Source: Lytechinus pictus (taxonomy: Eukaryota). Taken from it: a stretch of 64,000 bases of DNA. Below are positions 13,801 through 25,800 of the stretch, one piece after another. Positions within the stretch are counted from its first letter, which is position 1; each line of letters starts with the position of its first letter. The position numbers were made by a program, and so were the translations under genes. The notes under the pieces were generated by a model. It saw only the letters and a list, made by a program, of their open reading frames with translations, did not search any database and was not told the DNA's origin. The stretch covers positions 13,146,001 through 13,210,000 of the forward strand of contig NC_087250.1 of assembly GCF_037042905.1 (NCBI RefSeq), read 5' to 3'.

Positions 13801-16800
13801 AGAGGCATTGTTTAACATTGATTTGACTTTTTAAAAAACATCTGAGCTACGATTGATCCAATCAATCATAACTCTATGGAAATCTTCAGTGTCATAATTT
13901 GTAAATTGTTTTTGTAAACAAAGGCGAACACACCAGATTGTCAAGAAAACGATTAATTTACGAATGTACATCATATCTAGACAATATTTTGAGAAAAATG
14001 TGCATTGTAGGTGTTGACGTTGGCTGTCCATAGTTGCGATTGATCGGATCAATCGTAACTCTTTGTGAGACGGGGCCCTGGCCAATACACTAAACGAGAA
14101 TAAGATGTAGCTATTGTACCAAGGGTACTATAAACATTCGTCTCCAACCCCCTATTTCTTTCTCTCCCATTTCCCTTAGTCTTCTTTTCTCGCCCTCTCT
14201 CTCCTTGTCTCGCTCGATCCCCTTTCTCTCTTTCTTTCCATCTCTGTAGATTATCCCCTTGTTGGTTACTATATGTTTGTTTATATTTCTACAATCGTGA
14301 ATATTGTTTCCCTTTTCTTTAAAAAATACAGTTTCTAGATCCTGCGTGTTACTTGCCTTAATGCTGCTTCCTAAGTTAAATGCCTGCAAAGGAATCACGA
14401 GTTTGATCTGTTTAGATAATGATCTTATGAGTTACCACGTTATTGGAGGAAATTTGTTTGTGGTCACATTACTGTATTTTTTTGCTCTTTGCAGGAAGTA
14501 GCATCACTCTCAGGCCTGATAGGATCAAAGCTGCCAGGAGTACTTTCTCCCATACTGCTTCCGGCACCGTCAATGTGCTGGCTCCGAACGACCCCAAGCC
14601 CCCAATGGCTGTCATAGATGGTAGACCGAAGGTTCCCTCTTGTGGACAGTTCGCCCTCTCCGGTCGAGCGTCGACAGGTGGCCGGTCATGTGGTCTGACG
14701 TACGAGTGGGCACTTGTGAGTCCGACGGAGGATGTCGATTCTAGGCTGACAGATAAGATTCAAGAAGCTAACGGTAATTATCAAAATACACTGGAGAAAC
14801 ACTAAAAAGTGCTACAATGGGAGAGAACTAAACAACACATTTTGTAGTCAATCTTTGGCTGTGTGCTATAAAAAGCTAGTTTTAAAAATACATTTTTCGA
14901 GATATCTATTGATAATACATGGAATTATTACCCAAATGTATTTGAGAAACTAAATGTTTTTGAAAGGATAGCACAACTGTTTTGGTACATGTCAAAGGGA
15001 CTACCGTCTTATGAATGTACTGAGTAGTGAATAAGCATCTTTTCATTAAAATGGGCCTGTATTAGAATACCACCGTGCTCAGAATATTGCATCATGGGTT
15101 GGGAACTGACCAAAATTTGTGCATTTGTGGACTTGAGGTGGCGATTTTAAAGCAGATGCGAACCAATAGCGCCATCTCGAGTCCTCAACTACTCATACCT
15201 GGCCAGTTTCGTGACCCATAAGATTTAGATTTAGATTTAGATTTATTCATTTTCCGTTCACAAAGCACAACAAAATCAAACAATACATAGTCAAATTTGA
15301 AGTACAACATCGGAGTAAGGTATAAACAATGAGAACTAATGCTAACTAAAGTAACTTTGACTATAATGACTATATAAAACAGAACGGAGGGGCTTGCCAA
15401 GAAAAGCAAAGCTTGTATGAGAGGCAAGCCCCCGTAACTTAGTTTCAGTACGTATATTACAAAATTATAATATAAAGGAGAGACGGGAGACAGTTTAAAA
15501 GGAGGGAAAAGGAGGCTATACAAAATATCAAAGGTAACAACGAAAGAGTAACACAAATTAGAATAAGTGATAATAGTAATAATAATAATAAAAAAATAAT
15601 AACAGTATGGTTACAATAATTGTGATAATGAGGGAGGAACTGAGAAGCAAATGTAGGGAGAGAGGGGGGGGTGCAGGTACAATTGGAGGTGCAAAGAGGA
15701 GCATGGCAGGTGCGGGAAAAGGTCGGCAGGCAAGTTGTATCCTGGGAGGTTTAAAAAAAAAAGTTTTTGTTGTGTATAGTTTTGGTTATATGGTAGATTG
15801 ACTTGTTTGTGTAAAGTATTGGCTAATAAGCATCTTTTTAAGGTTATGTTTAAAAACTGTGATGCTTGGGGATTCCTTAAAGGCGTTGGGCAAGGAATTC
15901 CAATATACGGGACCAGAAAAGACAAAATAATTTTTTGCAAGTAAAGTTCGGGTTGGAGGTAGGTGATAGGAGTTTCGTTGTCTTGTAGGATAATCGTGTA
16001 CAGAGGAGTTTTTGCAGAACATAATTGAAAAAATTGCGGGGAGATCATCTTTATTTAGTTTGTACATAAATTGGCCGAGTTGGAACAAATATATATCATT
16101 AACTTTAAGGATTTTATTTTCAAAAAATAATTTATCTGTGTGACATCTGAAATGTGTATGAAATATTATCCTAAGTGCTTTTTTCTGTAACAAAAGTATC
16201 CTTTGTAATTGTGTTTGGATTGCACAACCCCATGCCAAAATACCGTAATTAATGTATGGTAATATTAAGGTGTGATATAGTGTAAGTAGTGTACGAGATG
16301 GAAGAAAAAATTTGAGCTTGTTGATAATTCCAATATTTCTTGAGATTGTTTTGCATATATTGTCGATGTGTGGTTTCCATGATAATTTATTATCAATAAG
16401 TAAACCCAAGAATTTTGTTTCAGAAACATTTTCAAGGACAGTGTTATCAAAAATGAGATTGTCGGGCAAACTATTTATTCTATTACTAAATAGCATGTAA
16501 TTGGTCTTTTGTAAGTTAAGTGAGAGTTTATTTGCCTTGATCCATTCAGTCACATGCATGAGTTCAGAGTTAACAATCCTAATAAGTTGGTTTATGTTAT
16601 CATGAGAAAAGAAAATGTTGGAATCATCAGCAAAGAGTATGAATGAAAGTAAATTTGAAGTTTTGTGGATGTCATTAATGTAAGTGATAAAAAGAAGAGG
16701 GCCGAGTAAGCTACCCTGTGGTACCCCGCATGTAATTGGAAGGTTGGATGAATTGTGATTGTTTATTGATACAAACTGAGTCCTATCTGTAAGGTAGCTC

Positions 16801-19800
16801 TTGAACCACTCCAAGGCCTTCCCCCTAATACCGTAATGAGATAGTTTATACAAAAGAATTTCGTGGTTAATGGTGTCGAAGGCCTTGGAGAAGTCCAGGA
16901 AAATACCGACAGTGTGACAACCTTTGTCAGTGGAAGTAGTGATTTTGTTAATGAAAGATAAAATTGCATGCGAGGTGCTGTGATTTTCGCGAAACCCAAA
17001 TTGAAAGTCCGAAAAGATATTGTAATTTTTAAAGAACGTACTAGTTCGTGTATGGACAAGTTTTTCAAGAATTTTTGATAACGAGGTGAGCAATGATATG
17101 GGACGGTAGTTGGAGACGAGCTGATTATCTCCTTTTTTAAAAAGAGGGACTACTTTTGCGATTTTCATAAGACTGGGTACCCTTCCTGTGTTCAAAGAAA
17201 TATTAAATATATGCACCAAAGGATCGACGATAGCCAAAATAATTTTCTTAAGTAGGAGGTTGGAAATACCGTCAAACCCCGGGCACTTTTTGGACTGCAG
17301 ACTGTTAACAATATTTATGATTTCTCTTGAACTTGTGGGATTAAAAAAAAATGGAGTTTGGGTTTGGGTTGTCGAGAAAATTGTTGTAAGATTTATTCGT
17401 TTGAGGGATTTTGCTTGCTAAATTGTTGCCAACTTGTGAAAAATATGAATTAAACTCTTTTGCTATTATGTTATTGTCATCAGTGATGGTATTGTTTGAT
17501 TTTATTTTTGTTATTGAAGAACTCTTCTTCTTATTGTTTAATGCACCATTGATGATTTTCCATGTGTTCTTCATATCATTTTTGTATAAATCGAGTTGAG
17601 AAGTGTAATATTCTTTTTTCGCAATACGAAGTAAGGATGTAAGAGTGTTTTTATATGAAGTGTACTTGTAGCGAGATGTATCACTTGGTTTAGTTATGTA
17701 TTTATAATATAAGTTGTTCTTGCGGTTGATGGATCTTAAGAGTGATTTAGTAATCCAAGGGTGGATAGGGATCTTTTTATAATTTGATCTTCTGTTGGTT
17801 GTAAGGGGAACATGGGTATCTAGAGAAGAGGTAAGTATGGTAATAAAACAGTTGTATGCGTCGTCAGCGTCCGAGGAGTCATATACAGTAGACCAGTCTG
17901 TTATGTTTAAATTATTAATCAAATTGGTTATGTTGTCGTCAGTTATCTTTCGGAATGTAGGATTAAATGTTTCTTTATTGACACTTTTATTCGTAGATAA
18001 TTTGGCAAAAATTGGAAAGTGATCAGAGATGTCACTAAGAATAATACCAGCTTTATGATTTTGTCGAATTGTATTACTGAAAATGTTGTCTATTATAGTG
18101 GCTGAGTTATTCGTCACTCTTGTCGGCTTCGTAGTAAGGGGCAAAAAAGAATGTGATAGAAACATTTCAAGAAACTCTTGCGAGGTGCTATTAGAGTTGC
18201 AATTTACTAAGTTAATATTGAAGTCACCCATAAAAAAACAATCTTTATTTTTCAAAAGAGGATTTAGTAAAATTTCATTCAGGGTTTCTAAAAAAGCATT
18301 GGCATTTGAATGTGGAGGTCTATAAAATACACCTAGCATAAAGTTTTTACCTCTTGGATTTCTGATTTCAACAAAAAGTGTTTCTAAAACATCGTTAGAT
18401 ATGGTCATGTTAGCTATAAGAGTATAGTCGTATTGTTGCGGTATGTAAAGTGCGACACCACCCCCTGGTCTTTTTGTTCTATTATTAACAATCAAATTAA
18501 AATTAGGGAGTGAGAAGAGGGAACATGGGTTGTCCGAGAACCACGTTTCAGTTAAACCAATGAATGACGATTGCGGAAACTGGTTATTATCTAGAAATAA
18601 CTTAAGTTTATCAAAATTTTTGCTTGCACTGCGAATGTTTATATGGAGAAGAAAGGGGTTTTCCTCGGCTTTGTCTGACGTAACGAATGATCTAAAATGT
18701 TGTTCTGTGAAATATTGTGACGTAACGAGCTGCCCGCATTGATCATTGGAATCGAAATTGTAATTAAGATCAGCGGTATTGTTATTCATAAAATTTCGTA
18801 TGTGTGTATCGTAATTGGAATTTTCATGATTATCTAATGTTTGAGTAGTGCCACGTTGCGCCGAGAGAGACAACAAGTCATCATTATTCAAGAAGCTAAA
18901 TGGAAACTTAGTTAAGTCGGTCATTAAAAAAGGGGAGGAATTAAACAATAGTACCTAACGAATAGAATACACTATGCCATATACTTAACTACCTTTAAAT
19001 AATTTACAGAAAAAACAAACAAAATAATGCTAGTGTAGTCTCGTCATGTAGACCCAATTTAATGGTAACATGATGATTAACTGCTCAGTACATTTAAACC
19101 GCAATAATTATGTTACCAAGTAGCAAACCAATTATTTTCCTCTCAAAACATTTTAGTTTCCCTATTCAAATACAATTGTAGATCAATTTGTTCTCTGTAG
19201 TGCTAGCGGATATGTGAAAACGTATATTTTAAGACTATGTATTTAAAAAACACAGTCAATGAGAGACTACACACAGTTCACCCCTCCCCTACTGTTTCGT
19301 ATGAGCTTTAAATCTTGAACTATGGTGTGTGTTTTATTTAAAGGACAAGTCCACCCCAACCAAAAGTGGATTTGAATAAAAAGAGAAAAATCCAACAAAC
19401 ATAACACTGAAAATTTCATTGAAATCGGATGGAAAATAAGAAAGTTATGACAATTTTAAGTTTCGCTTAATTTCACAAAATAGTTATATTCACATCCTGG
19501 TCGGTATGCAAATGAGGGAACTGATGACATCACAGACTCACCATTTCTTTTGTATTTTCTTATATGAAATATGAATTATTCTAATTTTCTCCTCATTGTC
19601 CTGAGAAACAAATTTATTTCGCCCTGAACATGTGGAATTACCATTGTTTAACATTTTATGTTTCAGTCAAGTTGGTCTTTATTGTCAAATTTGTAAAAAT
19701 TGAAATATTGTATGAATCAGACAAAAGAAATAGTGAGTGAGGGACATCATCGCTCTCTCATTTGCATGTGACTAAATTGTGCATATAACTATTTATTGAA

Positions 19801-22800
19801 AAATAAGCAAAACTTTCAAATGTCATAACTTTCTTATTTTACATCCGATTTTGATGAAATTTTCAGCATTATGCATGTCTGATTTTTCTCTATTGATTCA
19901 AATCAACATTTTTCTGAGGTGGACTTTACCTTTAATATCTATGTGCATAAAATCTACCCAGGAAAGAAATAAACTAGTTAGCCAAAGACGTGAAGATACT
20001 TTGGAGATGTCTGACACTCACGGGCAGAAATCCTAGGGGGACAGGGGGTCGCGTCCCCCCTACCAAAAATAATAGGAGGGACATAATATCAAATGCCCCC
20101 CTACTATTTTTGGTCTTTTTTGTTGGAGCAAAATACATCACTTCACAATTGAAAATCGAAATAATACATGTATTTTTGGGCTTAATGACCTTACATTTGG
20201 GGTGATAACCCTTTTTTTTGCTTTTCATTTTTTTTTGTATTAAAACATTTTGGGTGATAACCTTTTTTTTTTTTTTTTAATTGGGGACAGATTTCCGCCC
20301 ATGCTGACACTGTAAAATCCCAATTTCTATTTGATTACATTCTATGTTTTCACTTTTGTCATTTCCAAACAGATGCTAATAATGACCGGATGGTCTCCAC
20401 CACCGAGGCCTTGCCCGAGGTTACCCCCTACACATTCAGATTGACCGTGACTAATAAGCTCGGGCTGTCTAACTCTACTGAGTTCACCATGCGCAAGAGC
20501 AATGTCCGGGAGCCGTGGTTAGAAATTCAAAAGAGTGGCAACATAAAGGGCACCAAAGTTTCGGCGAATAAGAAGTAAGTATTCCCATGCCAATGCAAAA
20601 TTCGAAATTCAAAAGAGTGGCAACATAAAGGGCACCAAAGTTTCGGCGAATAAGAAGTAAGTATTCCCATGCCAATGCAAAATTCGAAATTCAAAAGAGT
20701 GGCAACATAAAGGGCACCAAAGTTTCGGCGAATAAGAAGTAAGTATTCCCATGCCAATGCAAAATTCGAAATTCAAAAGAGTGGCAACATAAAGGGCACC
20801 AAAGTTTCGGCGAATAAGAAGTAAGTATTCCCATGCCAATGCAAAATTCGAAATTCAAAAGAGTGGCAACATAAAGGGCACCAAAGTTTCGGCGAATAAG
20901 AAGTGAGTATTCCCATGCCAATGCAAAATTCGAAATTCAAAAGAGTGGCAACATAAAGGGCACCAAAGTTTCGGCGAATAAGAAGTAAGTATTCCCATGC
21001 CAATGCAAAATTCGAAATTCAAAAGAGTGGCAACATTAAGGGCACCAAAGTTTCGGCGAATAAGAAGTAAGTATTCCCATGCCAATGCAAAATTCGAAAT
21101 TCAAAAGAGTGGCAACATAAAGGGCACCAAAGTTTCGGCGAATAAGAAGTAAGTATTCCCATGCCAATGCAAAATTCGAAATTCAAAAGAGTGGCAACAT
21201 AAAGGGCACCAAAGTTTCGGCGAATAAGAAGTAAGTATTCCCATGCCAATGCAAAATTCTAAATTCAAAAGAGTGGCAACATTAAGGGCACCAAAGTTTC
21301 GGCGAATAAAAAGTAAGTATTCCCAAAAATAAATTGGCGTGTTTGAAGACATTGTCGGGGGGAGCAGATTCATCACCTCAAACAGCAAAATAGCCCTAAT
21401 CCTTCCGCCAGTCAAAATATAGTCCAAAATTGGTGATACTTCTTCCCAATTTGGGAAAGGGAAGTTCAGTAATTACCAAAAATAGAATCAGTGTTAGATG
21501 GACAATCATATGCATATACTTTGTCAATCAGCCATATCAAAATTCAAAATTCGAAATTCAAAAGAGTGGCAACATAAAGGGCACCAAAGTTTCGGCGAAT
21601 AAGAAGTAAGTATTCCCATGCCAATGCAAGGATCTCTGGACCAAGGACGAGATTTTTGGGAAGCACCATACTTTTCTAAAGGGCATATTTATCTATGAAT
21701 ATGGATACTTTAGTGTCATGCCTATTACCAGATGTATCTGATTATTATAGCTATCATTATACGTAGTTTGCCAAAAAATAAAGAACATTTGTAAAAATTC
21801 TCTTATGCAGATCTTGTTTAATTTATGAACACTTTGAAACCTTATTAATAACTTTGGGTGACGCAACAGAGATGGACCGTTATGAAAATCGTGGCCCAAA
21901 AGACATGATTGAATTGCATGTGCGAATGTTGATGTTCACATTATTTATGTCATAGAAATATTAAAGAGTTATGAATCCGTAGATATTAAAATAAGAGCAT
22001 AAGCACGTTCGTTGTTACACCTCAACAAAGTGAGGTGTTGATGGTATTATCAATCCTACCAGCTATCAAATTTTGGCTGTTTGTTCAAGACCTTAACAGA
22101 TTTTGGTGTTATTACAAGACATGTGGTTGCTTTTTATTTTTCTCTGCTTGGTGTTATGCTCAATCCTGGGGTACTACTTTAACACATCAGGGTATGATTC
22201 TCTCGGGACGCAAACGTGTGTAAGTTTGAACACCCACGCTGTTACAGTCTATAATTCTCCTCATCATAGGTTTGGCATTATTGCCCAATTCACCTTTGAA
22301 CAAGCAACCGGATGTGAAAAGCTTGCCGCCTCACGTGCTGAATACCAGTGGTCCGTTGAAGGGGTTGAGTTCGATGAGGATGCCCTCCGTAAGAGAGGAC
22401 TTCGCTTCCTACCAAGCAATCTAGGTTAGTTTTGAAATGGAAATTTATTTTAACGGGCAAATTCATGTTGTGGTAATTGGTAAAACAGCTCGTGTGAACT
22501 ACTTAGGAACACTAATCTTACAAGCCGATGCCCCAATGAATCTGCTGCTTTACAAAATATTCTCGAATTCACGATATTATCAATAGCCGCTGAAATGTGT
22601 TCCGATATGTGCAGTTGTGTGTACAGCGACTTGCAAAAAGTCTAGTAATTTCCCGTCACCTTTCGTAATTTTATTTCTTTTCTTTTCAACAAACTTAATA
22701 CAATGCAACCTCAAGCATTTATCGCACAGATCAAATGCAATTTCAAATCATACCAAACTCTTGCTAGGAAATCTTTCCATTTAAACGCAAGTTTTTTTTC

Positions 22801-25800
22801 CCTCACTCCACATATTAATGTTAATTCATGGTAAGCATGATCACGCACTTTATTGTTTTATCATGACGTTTATTCTTATAATATACACATGGCGATTCAC
22901 TATCAACTTTTGCAGGTGGTGCGTCGGAAATCGCTGCAACTGTAACGGTGACCTACGGGAGTCCAACAGACCAGAATACGAAGTCCGCTTCAGTGACGCT
23001 GACTGTCGTAAAGGCGCCGCTCAGAGCACGTATCAAGGGCGGCGGTCGTATCACCATTGGGACGGCTTCGGACTCAGTCGATCTAGATTGTTCATATTCA
23101 GAAGACCCAAGCTACCAAGGGGATGAGCCCGATCCCGGCCTTGAGTTCCGGTGGGAATGTTGGGATGTAAGTTTGCCTATTCATGATATTATCAATAAAA
23201 AAAAAAAAAACAATAATAATAGCAACAATAATAACAATGATAACTATATAACAATCATTATCATAATAACAACAATAATACCAATAACAGTGAAGATGAC
23301 AACGAGTGTAATCGTAATGGACATTTGTATAGAGCAATCTATCTACCAATGAAATATTCAGAGGCACACTGTCAATGTTACCTTTGCTTTAGCACGAGCT
23401 GCATTCCAGGGCTTAATGCATTAAATGAATTTACCATGTTAGGCATCCAGTCCTGGGTTGAGTGCAGCCTAATGCTGTTGAATATATTGCTGAAGAAAAC
23501 ACGCAATGGTTTGGATTCGAACTGATGCCCTTTGATTGAAAGTCGAAAGCCTTAGGCTTGTGACGAGCCACCACAAACAAAGTCGCCAGGGAAAGATCTC
23601 TATAAATATATTTTTAAAGAGATAGTAATATGGTCTTTTAAAGGGGGGAAATGGTAGGGGGTAAGCTCATCTGAAAACATGATTATTTTTCTTCATTCTG
23701 TCAACATTTGAATTTGTAGAGTTGAATAAAAGACAAGATGCGCAGCTTTCTTTTACTCGATTTGACCTTCTTGGAAGTTTTGTCAAGATTGCGCAAGTAG
23801 CACATTTCATTTTCGAGTGAACTCGGAACTTAAAATTGTGTTTTTCCCTAATTTATGAACTTCTCTCTGAATTCCTTTTGTATTGCCCTTCTTGTATGGG
23901 TTATTGTAAATCAATTGCGACGAATTAAAGATGTGCTATTTCTAGCAATGGAAATCTAAATACTAATTTTGTGTAAGTGCAAGGAAATGTAATTTCTTTT
24001 CTTATCAGTTATACTTCGTGAAATACTCCCTAACCCCCCCCCCCTCCCCTTTGTTGTCCCAACTGCTTTTGTGCCAAAACATTCCTCGTTTAACATTTGT
24101 ATGATAACGCTGTATAATCCATTTTTTTTTCTTTTTCAGGAGACCTCAAAAAACACATGTGATCTACCCAGTTCCCAGGAGGATGCAGACGTAGCCATAT
24201 TGACCATTGAACCTTCATTACTATCGGTAGATAAGACATATTCCATCTCTTGTTACGTCAACAAGGCTGGGTTTGACGAGGTACACGACAGTGTGAAGGT
24301 TTCCGTCACAGAAGGAAGTCCTCCAAGGGTAAATTGTCAGATTCATTCCGCTATAGACATTATACTTATGCCTTTAATTAATTTAATAGCGCCCTCCCAG
24401 TACCTCAGAGGCTGTAGGAATACGGGTAAACGGACCTGATCCACGGAGGATTATCTATTTTTACTGGGGGTGTTGTGACAATGCTCAGCCCCCCCCCCCC
24501 CCCCCCCCAGTAACAATAAAATAATCCTCCGTGGATAGGTCCATGGGACGCGCTGCAGATCTTTAACGCATTCAAGGCAATGGTTTTAGCCACTAAGTTG
24601 GCAACGGGATGACGGCAATGTATAAGGTCTATTGGGCTGTGAGTCCAGATGTGTAGTTGACGTGTGTGTCCATATGCGTTCGTGTGACGTGATTGCAGTC
24701 TCGCAGTGTGTTTTCGGCGTGGAACACAACGCGAAATCATCTTCACTTGTTATGCTCAGCGTAAACTACTTTTCTTCACAAAATCCTCCCTTTGATCGCT
24801 AACATTGCGCATGCATCGAGAGTACGGAATCTCCGCACCGTTTGTCAACATTTAGCATCTTAAAAGTGTAAACACTCTCATCACCTAGCGTGCTGAGAAC
24901 ACTTCGTGAACACATAGCGTTAACACAAATAAATTGAAATGAAAATCAATGATAATAATAGTAATCCCTACTCAACATATATGTCTCATTCCTCGATGTT
25001 GGTTGCAGGTTTCGCTGGCACTCCTTGGATCAAAGGAAGGCTCTTACAAGCCCGGGCAAGACGTAGAAATTAGGGTCATGTTCAGCGGCATGTACAACGA
25101 AACGGTGCTGGAGGACCTGCGGGGTGGTCTCGATGGAATTGGTGATCTGCAGTACACTAATATTATAGATAAGACAAGGGAAGACCAAGAGACAGCAGAA
25201 TCCAGTTCTCAAGACAGTTCTTCAGACAAGCCTTACCAACTGACAGTCTCCAAGAAGATGACACGATACACCGTGTTGGTGAAGATTGACAAATGTGCGT
25301 TTATTTTCTATAATTATATAATATTGGTAGGTTATTTATTATGTGGGTGGGCTGCCTTTTTAAATATGAAGTGAATTCAATCATATGAGGTGGGTACCAC
25401 GGCAACCGAGGTGTGTTTTTTCGCATGGAGTTAGAGCGCATCAATAAAAAGTTTACACTTTGAAAACATCTTCCTAATCGAATAAAATACCACATATGAT
25501 TTTTTTCATATTCTCATGTTTGGGCTTATCTCCCAGATGACAGTAGGCCTATAAATTTCGACAGAATGTTACGCTTGATTGAGCACAATCCATTTTTGTA
25601 AAGCTCACATAAATTTGCGTAGAAATGATTATTGTTCACGCTGTGTCGAAGGGAAAAGACGAAAAGTGTTTCTATTTTTGTTTAGATCTGTTCAAGGGGA
25701 TTTGGGGTCAATGGAATGGAATATTTACATTGCAACTTTTTATAATAACCTTTCGACGCAAATTGACATTATGGACATTATAAACCTAGGTAAACATAAT

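Noticed and set aside
20522..21325. CRISPR-like array, and the repeated MAWEYLLL minus-strand ORFs
   Set aside because: Units are contiguous with no unique spacers, there are no cas genes and the context is a eukaryotic intron. The ORFs are by-products of the 82-bp period.
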